Shown piece after piece: positions 1 to 11,200 of a stretch of 64,000 bases of DNA; position 1 is the stretch's first letter, and each line of letters begins with the position of its first letter. Location of the stretch: NCBI GenBank assembly GCA_043228905.1, contig JBHGNT010000005.1, positions 8,432,001 through 8,496,000 of the forward strand. Reading direction: 5' to 3'. A program made the translations under genes and the position numbers. The DNA is from Azolla caroliniana. Its lineage: Eukaryota > Plantae > Polypodiophyta. The notes under the pieces were generated by a model. That model saw only the letters and a list, made by a program, of their open reading frames with translations, was not told the DNA's origin and did no database searches.

Positions 1-294
1 GTTTGAAGACGGATATCAAAGGTAAGGCCAAAATGCTTGAGTACGAAGACTCAGACGGAAATGAATCGATTCACTCACCCGAAAGTGAGTATGGTGGATT
101 GGACGTTCCTAGTATGGGGACACTAGGGGCACCTCGTCGCTCCACCCGAGAGAAGAATGTAGTTAGCCGCTTTAGCTACAACGACTACATGACATATCAT
201 TATGCATTCATGATGAAGATGGCGACAGTCCGAGAACCGGAAACCTTTTCTGAAGCCACGAAGAACCCCAAATGGGTCAAAGTGATGAATGAAG
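1..294 (+). mobile_element. Outer Ty1/Copia element X, part 1 (INT-RT linker), interrupted by element A
   Basis: The translation RRSTREKN...YHYAFMMKMATVREPETFSEA...WVKVMNE resumes as EMQALSKNERWDL after 7260. Same lineage as element E (RRSTHQKN...HHYAYMTRIAEVREPESY). Confidence 0.88.
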
Positions 295-667
295 TGTTAG
301 GATTTCGGTCCCTCCGGATGGGATATGAGTACCCGGCAAGGAAGACCCGGTGAGAACCGGATGACGAGTACTCGGCAAGGAAGACCCGGTGAGAACCGGA
401 TGATGAGTACCCGGCAAGGAAGACCCGGTGAGAACCGGATGATGAGTACCCGGCAAGGAAGACTCGGTGAGAACCGGATGATGCAGGCCCGGTGAGTACC
501 TCTCACCGGATGAAGGGACATATAGGTAAATATGTTTCTGAGATCCCATTGGGGCTATACATGTAAATAGTCCTAATGTCATATTAGTATAAATATGACC
601 TAGGGCAAACACTTTTGTAGTGTTGGTCATTCTTTGCGTTGTAGTTGTAACTACTGTATAGAGCGTA

Positions 668-746
<79 letters not shown>

Positions 747-1000
747 CAGAGTGATTCTCTGTTGTAACCGCCGCTAGGCGAAGAGTGTGAGCACGAGGTC
801 GTTGCCTCTGTGCCCCTTGTTGTATTCTTTGACATAGTGATAGTTTGGAGTCCGTGGGCTCCTGTGGTTTTTCCCATTTAGGGTTTTCCACATTAACATA
901 CTGTGTACCCTCTCTCATATTGTCTGTGTCTACGTGTATTCTAAACGACACGATCTGAGACTCGGTTGTGGCCGAGAAATATTCCACATATTTCGCATCA
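295..1000 (+). repeat. 5' LTR of element A, with four 39-bp tandem repeats (327-482) and a (GA)n tract (671-743)
   Basis: Starts TGTTAGGATTTCGGTCC, ends TTTCGCATCA just before the PBS, and matches 6663-7260. Confidence 0.95.
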
Positions 1001-1003
1001 ATA

Positions 1004-1015
1004 TGGTATCAGAGC
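1004..1015 (+). promoter_or_regulatory. PBS of element A (initiator tRNA-Met)
   Basis: TGGTATCAGAGC 3 nt after the LTR end. Confidence 0.95.
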
Positions 1016-2293
1016 AAAACGACATAGAAAATGGAAGATTCGTTGGGAGGCATGTTCAAGCTCATCGGCTCACTCTACTCAATGTGGAAGTCGAAGATGA
1101 TGGACATGCTTGTGGTTAAAGATCTTTGGTTGCCGGTTCAGTTCGGGGACAAGAGGCCGGATAAGATTGACGCCACGGTGTGGGAGGTAATGCACATGAA
1201 GACAACGGCATACATACGGTGCTTCATCGACATGAGCCTGTACAACAACTTCAATGAAGAGAGCAAGGCTCATGAGCTCCGAGAGAAGATCGGCATTATG
1301 TTTCAGAACAAAAATGTTGTTAATCGGGTTTCGGTATTCCGGAAGCTAGTAAGACATCGGTACCAAGATGGCTCCAGTATGGTGGAGCACACGAATGCCT
1401 TCTAGGGGCTGATTCACCAGGCAACGTCGTTGGAAGTACCTCTCGCAGATGAGGTACTAGCATTGCTCCTGCTCGATTCCCTCCCAGATAGCTGGGAGAC
1501 GTTAGTTGTCACTTTGGGCAACGCCGGGCCGGAAGGAAAACAATTATCCTTAGCAAGAATATATCGAGCTTGCTAAATGAGGAGGCGCGTCGGAAAGACA
1601 AGGATACGAGCTCCGACTCCAAAGCGCTCCTTACCGAATCGGAACGCGGAAGAGAAAGGAACCGGAGTCCCCAGAACCGGGAAAAGTCGGGGACACAGTC
1701 ATAGTCAAGAGGAAGGCCCACTTGCTTCTACTGTGGGAAACCGGGGCACTTTCAGAAGAACTGTCAGCATTTCTGGAAAGAAAAGGAAACTGAAAATACT
1801 GATTCGAAGCGGTCACTGGATCGGAACGACAAAGACCGGACCGGAAGGGAATGACGGCAATTGCGGCAAGTGAAGAAGAGTCGATGCTCATCACTGAGGA
1901 GAGTGAGTTGAACCTTGCTGGCGACGAGACAACGTGGGTTGTCGATTCCGGAGCGTCGTCCCACCTTACCCCGAACCATAAATGCTTCTCATCCTACATA
2001 GCCAGTGAGCACGGTTGTGTCCGGATGGGGAATGAAGGGACATGCCGAATTATCGGCATAGAAAATGTGTTGTTGACAACATCGACCGGATGCAAGTTGC
2101 TGCTGAAGGATGTCCGACACGTTCTGGAGGTTCGACTGAACCTGATATCAGCCGGTTGGCTAGATGATGAAGGGTACATGGGTAGCATCCGGAACAGTGT
2201 CATGGAGTTCAACAAGGGGAGCCTGATAGTGGCTCGGGCCTAGAAAGTCAACACATTGTACTTGATGAATGCCCGGTTATGCTAGGAAGAAGT

Positions 2294-2556
2294 TGTTGAA
2301 CACAGTGCTCGGCCACCACCGAGGAATAGGATCAACTCACAGAAAACAGGAAATACAAAATGCACGAAGACAATAGAGAGAAGAGTACACAGGATGTTTT
2401 ACGTGGAAAACCCTAAATGGGAAAAACCACGGGAGTCCTCAAACTCCAACTATCACTATAAACAGAGATGTACAATGGTGAAGCTACAAGGCAACAACCT
2501 TGAGCTCACTGTCTTCGCCACAGGCGGCGGTAATACACAGAGGCAACGACCTCTTC

Positions 2557-2591
<35 letters not shown>

Positions 2592-2945
2592 CTGCTCACT
2601 TAGCTCCCTCTAAGTGGAAAACCAGAAAAATGAGTAACAACAAAAAAAACAAACTGTTTGCCCTAAGTCATATTTATACACATATGACTTTCGGGCTATT
2701 TACAAATATAGCCTCAAGGGCCCTTGGCAAACATATTCACAAATATGTCCCCGCATCCGGATCTCTCTCCGGGTACATTCGTCATCCGGCTCCGTAGCCG
2801 GGGTCTTCATCATCCGGATCCGGAACCGGGTCTTCATCATCCGGATCCGGAACCGTGTCTTCATCATCCGGATCCGGAAACGGGTCTTCATCATCCGGCT
2901 CCCGGACATCCGACCATCCCATCCGGAGGGACCGTAATCCCAACA
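2294..2945 (-). mobile_element. Solo LTR of the element-D family, antisense inside A pol
   Basis: The reverse complement aligns to the D LTR (TGTTGGGATT...AACA). Perfect TSD GAAGT at 2289-2293 and 2946-2950. Confidence 0.95.
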
Positions 2946-5519
2946 GAAGTGAGCGTGGCATCCGACACTGCCGGTGAGCTGTGGCACAAGAGACTGTGTC
3001 ACATGAGCGAGAAGGGGATGAGGAGGCTTGCCGATGACAACCTCATTCTGGTGAAAGATGTGCATCTTGAGAAGTGCACCGACTGCCTTGTCGGTAAGCA
3101 AAACCGGACCTCCTTCCGCTCAAGGCCACCGATGAGACATAATGGACCATTGGAGCTAGTGCATACCGATGTGTGTCAAGTGGACACGAAGTCACATGCC
3201 GGATCGCAGTACTTCGTAACGTTCATAGACGACCACAACCGGAAGCTGTGGGTCTCACCGTTGAAGACGAAGGACCAGGTGTTATCCGTCTTCAAGGAGC
3301 TCAACGCAAGAGTGGAAAGAGAAACCGGTCGGAAGCTGAAGGCGGTTCGCGTAGATAACGGATGAGAATACCGGGGACAGTTTGAGGAGTACTGCCGCTC
3401 GAAGGGAATCCGACTCGAATTTATCGTGCTGAAGACGCCAGAACTAAACGGGCTGGCCGAGAGGATGAACCGGACCATAATGGAGAGGGTCCGGAGTATG
3501 CTGGCACATGCAAAGTTACCCAAGACGTTTTGGGTTGAGGCGCTGTCGACAATGACATATGTGATAAACAGGTCACCCTCAGTACCCTTGGATGGAGACA
3601 CGCCGTAGAGAGTGTGAATCGGTAAGGAAGTGTCCTACCGACATTTGAAGGTGTTCGGGTGTCTCGTGTACGTGCATGTTGCTAAGAACCAGAGAGGAAA
3701 GTTGGATCCAAAGACCCGACCATGCATATTCCTCGGATACGGCGATGATGAGTTCGACTACCGAGTGTGGGACCCGGTCGACAAGAAAGTATTCCGGAGT
3801 CGAGATATTATCTTCATGGAGGACAAGACACTTGCTGACTGGGAGTCGGAGAAGAAGATAATGAACTCCGAGTCGACTGGCAAAGACCGGTTTGATGAGA
3901 TGCAAACTCAACCGGCAAAGAGCCGGTTAACACTCGAAGAACCGACTGGTTACGGAGAGGACATCGAACCGGCAGAAGAAGAAGAGGAAACAGAAACCGG
4001 AACCGGCGAAGATCCCGAATCAGATTCGGATGAAGAACAAATAGAGGAGTCGGTTGCCGGAAACCAAGGACGCAGATATCCTCTCAGAGAGAGAAGGGTC
4101 CCCCGGAGATTTCCGGATCCAGAGCATGTACTGCTAACCGATGAGGGGGAGCTGGAAAGCTTCGAAGAAGCTAAGAGAGACACCCACAACCACAAGTGGT
4201 TGAGTGCCATGCAGGATGAGATGGACTCCCTGCATGAGAACCACACCTATGAATTGGTGGAGTTTCCGAAAGGAAAGAGGGCACTCCGAAACAAGTGGGT
4301 GTACAAGCTGAAACCAGAAGATGCCGGCAACCCCCCGAGATACAAAGCCAGGATCGTGGTGAAGGGGTTCCAACAGAAGAAGGGTGTGAACTTCGATGAG
4401 ATATTTGCCCCAATAGTAAAGATGACTTCCATCCGGACGGTGCTAAGCATAGCGGCAAGCATGGACTTCGAGGTAGAGTAGTTAGACGTGAAGATGACAT
4501 TCCTCCACGGTGACCTCGAAGAGGAGATCTACATGATGCAGACGGAAGGATTTGTGAAGAAAGGGAAGGAGCACGTGGTTTGCTGTTTGAAGAAGAGCCT
4601 CTACGGTTTGAAGCAGGCTCCCCGGCAATGGTACCGGAAGTTCGACTCCTTCATGAAGGATCAAGGATACCACAAGACACATGCCGATCATTGCGTGTTT
4701 GTGAAGAAGTTTGAAGGTGGAGACTTCCTGATACTCCTCCTGTACATGGATGACATGTTGATCGTCGGACGAGACCAAGTCAAGATACGGACGCTGAAGA
4801 AGGCTCTGAACCAGATCTTCTCAATGAAAGACTTGGGTCCAGCAAGACAAATACTGGGGATGCATATCATCTGGGACTGGTCAAAAAAGCAATTGTGGCT
4901 GTCACAGGAGAAGTATGTGACAAAGGTGCTTCAACGGTTCAACATGTCAGATGCGAAACCGGTCGGATTGATACTCTCGGCAAACTGCAGGTTATCCGGT
5001 AAGCAAAGCCTGAAGACGAAGGCAGAGATGATGGATATGATGAAGATACCATATGCCTTTGCCTTTGGGATCTTAATGTACGCAATGCTGTGTACCCGAC
5101 CGGATATCAGATACGCAGTTGGAGTGGTGAGCCAGTTTATGAGCAATCCCGGCAAGGAGCATTGGAATGCGGTAAAATGGATACGCCGGTACTTGAGAGG
5201 CACCTCAAGTATGTCTCCGATTCGGCTCCGGTAAACCCCAACTTGATGGTTTCACCGATTCAGATATGTCGGCTGATGCGGATACCAACCGGTCAATATT
5301 GGGATATGTTTTGACATATGGAGGGGGAGCTGTTTCGTGATAGTCGAGGCTGCAGAAGACGGTTGCGTTGTCAACCACAGAGCTGGAGTACATGGCAGCC
5401 GTGGAAGCCAACAAGGAAATATTATGGATGAAGGAATTCATCGGAGAGCTAGGGATCCGGCAAGAGGAATACCGACTCTACTGCGACAGTCAAAGTGCCA
5501 TCCACCTTGCAAAGAACAC

Positions 5520-6472
5520 TGTCGTGAAGATTTTTGGCAATGGTGTGAAAATCACGTGGAATGAGGAAAATCGAGAAGGTGCAATATGCACATGTATGAA
5601 AGGGGTGATGGTTAATGTGCACATGTAATGTGTGTATTACACACACACACACACACATATATATAATAAGCCTAACATATACAATGAGGTGTAACTAAGG
5701 GTTTTGAACCTTACACCTCCAAGATAGGAGGCAATAGACATACCATTAGACTAGGTTGTTTCATTTGAAAGTTATTTTTATTCATTGTACATTTCACACG
5801 AAACTGCTCGCACATGAGAGCTTAGATAAGGTACATGGTCATCATGCATCACATGTGATGCATGAGCGCCAAATGGCGCTCATGCATCGCATGCATTTCA
5901 TGCATTGTTTGCATGTACTACACCCTCACATGCACCTATGCATGGGGGCATCTATATAAGAAGGAAAGAAAGGGATCAATTGATGGAGGAAGAAAGTTAT
6001 GTATCAAATAAAAAATTAATAATAATAAAAAACCTACTTAATCTTATTGATGACGTGTCTTGTCTCTCGAAATTGAAGTCAAGGGTTCAAACCCGAAATT
6101 GGAATTCAGCTCTATCTATCTATCTATCTTAAACACTTCCTCAATTTTCATTTCTCTCTCTCTCACTCTCAACCACATTAATGCATCACTTCAGCTGCCT
6201 ATACGTCAATCCATCTCGCTGTTGAGTCTGGTTCGGGTGCGTCTTCGACAACAAAGGATGACCAGATGATAAGCACAACTCCTTACAAGCACAACTCACC
6301 CGATTCATTCTTGCCAGTCAAAGACCTTGGTGGTCCCGTTCGACCGACCCGTAGGCATCGAAATCCCATCATCAATCCTCCATAACCACTAGCGGATAGA
6401 GGCCCGGTGCTTGTCCACGCTTGTGACGCGCACATCTCGACGTTTGGCATGTGTGTCACGCGCCATGCGACA
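5520..6472 (+). mobile_element. Solo LTR with element-C-type termini, inserted in A RNase H
   Basis: Termini TGTCGTGAAGA...GCGACA match the C LTR termini. It splits the HLAKN|xAYHSKTKHI motif. The flanks ACAC/ACGT fit a CpG-decayed ACGC TSD. Confidence 0.85.
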
Positions 6473-6662
6473 ACGTGGCATACCATTCCAAAACGAAGCA
6501 CATCCAGCGCAGGTACCACTGGATCCGGGAGCGAGTAGAAGATCGAGAGTTCGTGCTGACGAAGATCCACACGGAGGAGAACGGGTCAAATATGCTGACT
6601 GGATGCATGCCGGAAGCAGATCAGATTGACGAGGCACCCCATGCCAGAGTGAAGGGGGAGTT

Positions 6663-6920
6663 TGTTAGGATTTCGGTCCCTCCTGATGGGATATGAGTAC
6701 CTGACAAGGAAGACCCGGTGAGAACCAGATGATGACTACTCAACAAGGAAGACCCGGATTATGAGTACCCGGCAAGGAAGACCCCATGAGAACCGGATGA
6801 TGCAGGCCCGGAGAGAACCTCTCATTGGATGAAGGAACATATAGGTAAATATGTTTCTGAGAGCCCATTGGGGCTATACCTGTAAATAGTCCTAATGTCA
6901 TATTAGTATAAATATGACAT

Positions 6921-6986
<66 letters not shown>

Positions 6987-7260
6987 CTCTGTTGTAAACT
7001 CCGCCAGGGGAAGAGTGTGAGCACGAGGTCGTTGCCTCTGTGCCCCCTGTTGTATTCTTTGACATAGTGATAATTTGGAGTTCGTGGGCTCCCGTGGTTT
7101 TTCCCATTTAGGGTTTTCCACGTTAACATAATATGTACCCTCTCTCATATTGTCTATGTGTACATGTATTCACCTCCATTCCCATTCTCGGTGTTCAATT
7201 CTAAACGACACGATCTGAGACTCGGTTGTGGCCGAGTAATATTCCGCATATTTCGCGTCA
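6663..7260 (+). repeat. 3' LTR of element A
   Basis: Follows the PPT. Homologous to 295-1000, with indels and many transitions. Confidence 0.95.
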
Positions 7261-7497
7261 TGAAGAGATGCAAGCACTCTCCAAGAATGAGAGATGGGAT
7301 CTCATCCCTTCTTCACACCACCAAAAGGAAATTGGATGTCAGTGGATCTTCAAAGTGAAACACAATGCCGACGACACTGTCAATTGGTACAAGGCCCGAC
7401 TTGTGGCGAAGGGCTATGCACAGATGCACGGTGTCGATTACGAAGAGACCTTTGCCCTGGTGGCAAAGATGACTACAATTCGAACTGTGATCGTTGT
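7261..7497 (+). mobile_element. Outer Copia X, part 2 (RT N-terminus), cut by Gypsy B
   Basis: EMQALSKNERWDL...[34 protein letters not shown], then an abrupt switch to non-coding sequence. Confidence 0.9.
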
Positions 7498-7992
7498 TGT
7501 CCATAGGCCAGAAATATAAATACATTATGTAAACTCGCCGGTAGGTAGAATAGTAGGTGAGGAAATAGGTAGAACTAGAAATAGTCGAGTTTTTAGCCCT
7601 CACAATCAGCCGATGGCTCGGCTTTGTCTGAAGAGGAAAACTATATAACCTGAGATCTGCATACCTCAAAGGGGGGAGGATATAGAATATTTAGTAAGAT
7701 TACTATCGTAGCATTGAGCTCTGCACGACCTGTTTCCAGCCGAGCGCCGTGTACTGTAATCAATGTGAGCTTTTCATTTAATATAAATCTCGCTCTTACT
7801 GTTCCTTCATCTGTGTATTCTCCCTGGTACTCGCAACCAAGCTACGTCTATTCCTAACGGGTTGTAGCCCGTGTACGCTCCTCGTTCTCATATCGTCTTC
7901 TCATTGTAGAAGAGGCTTCCACGTAACACGATCCCTTGATACCGATAGCCTGTGGGCTCATCGAAGGTGTTTCCCCAGAAATGGTTAACACA
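7498..7992 (+). repeat. 5' LTR of element B (start uncertain by ~3 bp)
   Basis: Lies between the Copia X break and the PBS, with TG...CA ends and a TATA-like CTATATAA near 7641. No partner LTR in the window. Confidence 0.7.
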
Positions 7993-7995
7993 ATT

Positions 7996-8013
7996 TGGCA
8001 CGCCGGGTGGGAC
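7996..8013 (+). promoter_or_regulatory. PBS of element B (tRNA-Arg-like)
   Basis: TGGCACGCCGGGTGGGAC resembles the TGGCACGCCCAGTGGGAC PBS of plant non-chromovirus Gypsy elements. Confidence 0.75.
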
Positions 8014-8279
8014 TGTAAGGTCACAACGAACTACGTCGGAGGCAAACCTCAGCCGCAATTACAGTGCCCAATCGCATCACGCGGTCTCGGCCACTTGCCC
8101 GACGCCCTGAACCAGTCCAAGGAACTTCCGACTCGGCGGTCACTGACCAATCTTTCTAGGAACTATCGGAGGCTCACCGGTTGCAATCCTCACCACCCGA
8201 TACCTAGTCGCGAGTAGATTCCGCACCGACCTCCCTGCCAAGCTCTCTAGAGGTCACCCAACCGATTCCTAACCCTTTT

Positions 8280-11200
8280 TTGGCTTTACCTGAAGAACCG
8301 GATCTCGACACCATGCCTTACCCTTATCCACGATATACAGACAGCCTTGATGCGGAATCGCACACCCATGCTTTCGTGTCCACATGGCAGGCCAAACACT
8401 CGACGCAGCGGTTATCGCCTGCCGAGATCGAGTCCTCCAAACTCACGGAATTTGCTCTATCCCTCGATGGCCCGACTGCTCGATGGTACTCCCGCCTCGA
8501 CATGGGGGAGGTCACAACGTTCCAGGATGTCCGGACAAAGTTTCTAGAATTATTTCACCGCGAAGTTCCGAAGCGCGAACTGCTCCGCCAGTTCTTTTCC
8601 ATGAGCCAAGAACCTCACGAGACGGTCGCCCAGTTCACAATTTGGTTTCAAGATCTCTACCGACAATTGGCCAATGATGTCTCCGTTCATCACATTCCGG
8701 ATACCTTCCTATCCAACCTACGAGAGCCTCTATGGACGACTCTCGCACTTACCAATTTCTCTAACCAGACAATCAAGCAAGTCATCGCACGCATCCTCGC
8801 CATCGATCAGACACAAAATAACACGGCTTTCTCCATGGGCTCTCTACAAAGCACCCTTCCTCAGGAGGACAATCGTTTCCGACAAGCCCTCCAATGCACA
8901 GCCTGCTCAGGCTCAGGCCATCTGGCTCTCGAGTGCTCTCACCGGCCGCATTGTCCAATATGTCAGTCCCGATCTCACACGATCGAACAATGTGAATACA
9001 ACATGCTCAACCGCACAACGATGGCTCCGGTTCGCCAGATCGAGCCTCGAAATACATACTCACGGTAGGACGAACGTCAGTCATACCGACATCAGGCAAA
9101 TGAGTGACCACGAACCCCGGATCACCAGCGCCGTGATGACGACCGTTACCGTCATGACAATCGTAGGAGATCAGACGACCGTCGTGACCAATACCACGAT
9201 GACCAGTATAGAGCAAACGATGAGTATGACCGGTATGAAGAAGATCGGGATAACCGGTACGATCAGTTGTATTCACGCAACGATAGGCAAAACTCTTACA
9301 GAGGTTCGCGGAACCAGCGACGGCATAACGACAATCGTCGTCGGGAACCTCCTCCAAACGTACCAGACAACTCTCTTCACCATAACGCGCCACGGGCCAA
9401 CACGCCTACACCAGCGGCTGGGAACCACTCACACCCTCTCCCACACATGGAGCACGGTGACACCAACAACTCGGCATCAGTTACCTGCTTTAAGTGTAAC
9501 CAACCCGGCCAGTACGCTACCCAATGTCCAACCACAAACCGCGGCAAAGCCCCAACTATGAATACTATTATGGCTGGCGTTCAACATGTCACTACACGCA
9601 GCAAGACCCAAGCCACCCAATGGCAAGTACAAGATGACGTCCGACAAGCAGCCAAGGAATGGATGGACACCGCCAATAAAAGCAACGTGGAGCGGATGCA
9701 CGAAGAGATGCAGGACGTGACCATCGGCGCACCACGACCCGCAGAACCATCCACCGTGGTAGAAGATGACAATCTGTGGGAAGCCCTTACCAGTTCTAGG
9801 ATCTCGCTGCCATTGCATAAGCTTTTACCGCACTTTCAGGGTACCTTGGCTACGCTCATGACTAACGACAAATTGGCCGCAACCCTTGTCAACTTTGCAG
9901 ACCCAAGGACGAGCCCACCCATCATGGATTCCTAGAATCCAGCCGTGAAAATTATGCTTAAAGGACGCGACCTTCATGGATGCATAATCGACGGTGGCTC
10001 CGGCGTGAACGTCATCAGCGAGGCCACATGTCACACACTCGGTCTAAACTAATGGGAACCTTGCCCCTTTCAGCTTATGATGGCCGATACACGATCGGTT
10101 CGTCCCATAGTGTTAATCCGCCACCTCAACTTTACGTTAGGAGGCCACATGTTCACTATCTCGGCAGTCGTGTTACGCCTTGAATCTCCGAGCGCTTACC
10201 CAATGCTGCCCTGCCGACCCTGGCTGCGCACCACGAATATTAAACAACATTGGCAGCGGAATATGATCTCTTTCCGGCGGGGGAAGACCAAGGTACGGGT
10301 AATAACAGAAGAATGCCTAATCACGCTCCACAAAACGACACCCTTGTACGCGGAAGGGGTACACATGCTCGACGGCTTAGCCGACGAAGAGGTGGATGAC
10401 TTCCTGGAAGATCATCCCACTATCATACCCCTCTTCGAAATAAACGCCATTTCGGGCTGCGGCACACCACCGGACGAGGATGTCATGGCAGATTCACTTC
10501 CCCAGGACGAGGCTGATTCCACAACTATCGCGGAATTACGACAAGCTCGGGACGCGTTTGAATGAGAACTCGATATCTCCTAGCGAGTCAAAGCATCAAC
10601 ACTCGAGTCACTGAACCTCGGATCCGACGAGAACCCACGCACATTACAAATCGCTAACAACTTACCGGTCGATGAACACTCAGCCCTGATACGCCTGCTA
10701 ACGGAGTATCAGAATGTATTCACATGGTCTTACACTGATATGAAGGGATTGGATCCCCAATATTACCAACACCAAGTACACCTCCTGCCTGACACTCGGC
10801 CGGTCCAACAACGACGATACCGTATGAACCCCAACTACGCGGTTAAGGTCAAAGAGTAGGTTTTATACGCCCAGTAAAAAGAGCCACATGGTTAAGCCCA
10901 ATCGTAGTCGTCCCCAAGAAAAACGGGAAAATCTGCGTTTGCGTTGATTACCGCAAACTCAATGCCGCGATAGTCAAGGATGGGTTTCCTCTCCCGTTCA
11001 CGGATAGTGTCCTCGACACGGTGGCTGGTCATGAATGCTACAGTTTCCTCGATGGGTTCAGTGGCTATAATCAAATCAGAATGCACCCGGACGATCAAGA
11101 GAAAACGGCGTTTGTCACGGAATGGGGTGTCTTCATGGCCGAGGTAGTGATGTTCGGATTAAAAATGGCACCGGCCACATTCCAACGCATCATCACAGAG

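Larger units (their letters stand above)
1031..6652 (+). pseudogene. Disrupted gag-pol of element A
   Basis: Gag, CCHC knuckle, protease WVVDSGAS, integrase WHKRLCH/TPELNGLAERMNRT, RT LLYMDDML and RNase H fragments, broken by stops, frameshifts and two insertions. Confidence 0.93.
295..7260 (+). mobile_element. Ty1/Copia LTR retrotransposon A (Tork/Tnt1-like), decayed, contains two solo LTRs
   Basis: TG..CA LTRs at 295-1000 and 6663-7260, perfect 5-bp TSD TGAAG (290-294/7261-7265), PBS TGGTATCAGAGC, PPT GAAGGGGGAG at 6651-6660, gag-PR-INT-RT-RH order. Confidence 0.96.

Noticed and set aside
327-482. CRISPR-like regular repeats in LTRs (also 21293-21454 and 50521-50625)
   Set aside because: Head-to-tail tandem repeats without unique spacers, in eukaryotic LTRs, with no cas genes.
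277-987. 236-aa antisense ORF with SLSLSL and HHPVLTG repeats
   Set aside because: It is only a translation of the LTR microsatellite and 39-bp repeats.
2724-3365. 213-aa ORF with GLHHPDPEP repeats fused to integrase
   Set aside because: Chance in-frame join of antisense solo-LTR repeats with the decayed A integrase, and it ends at a premature stop.
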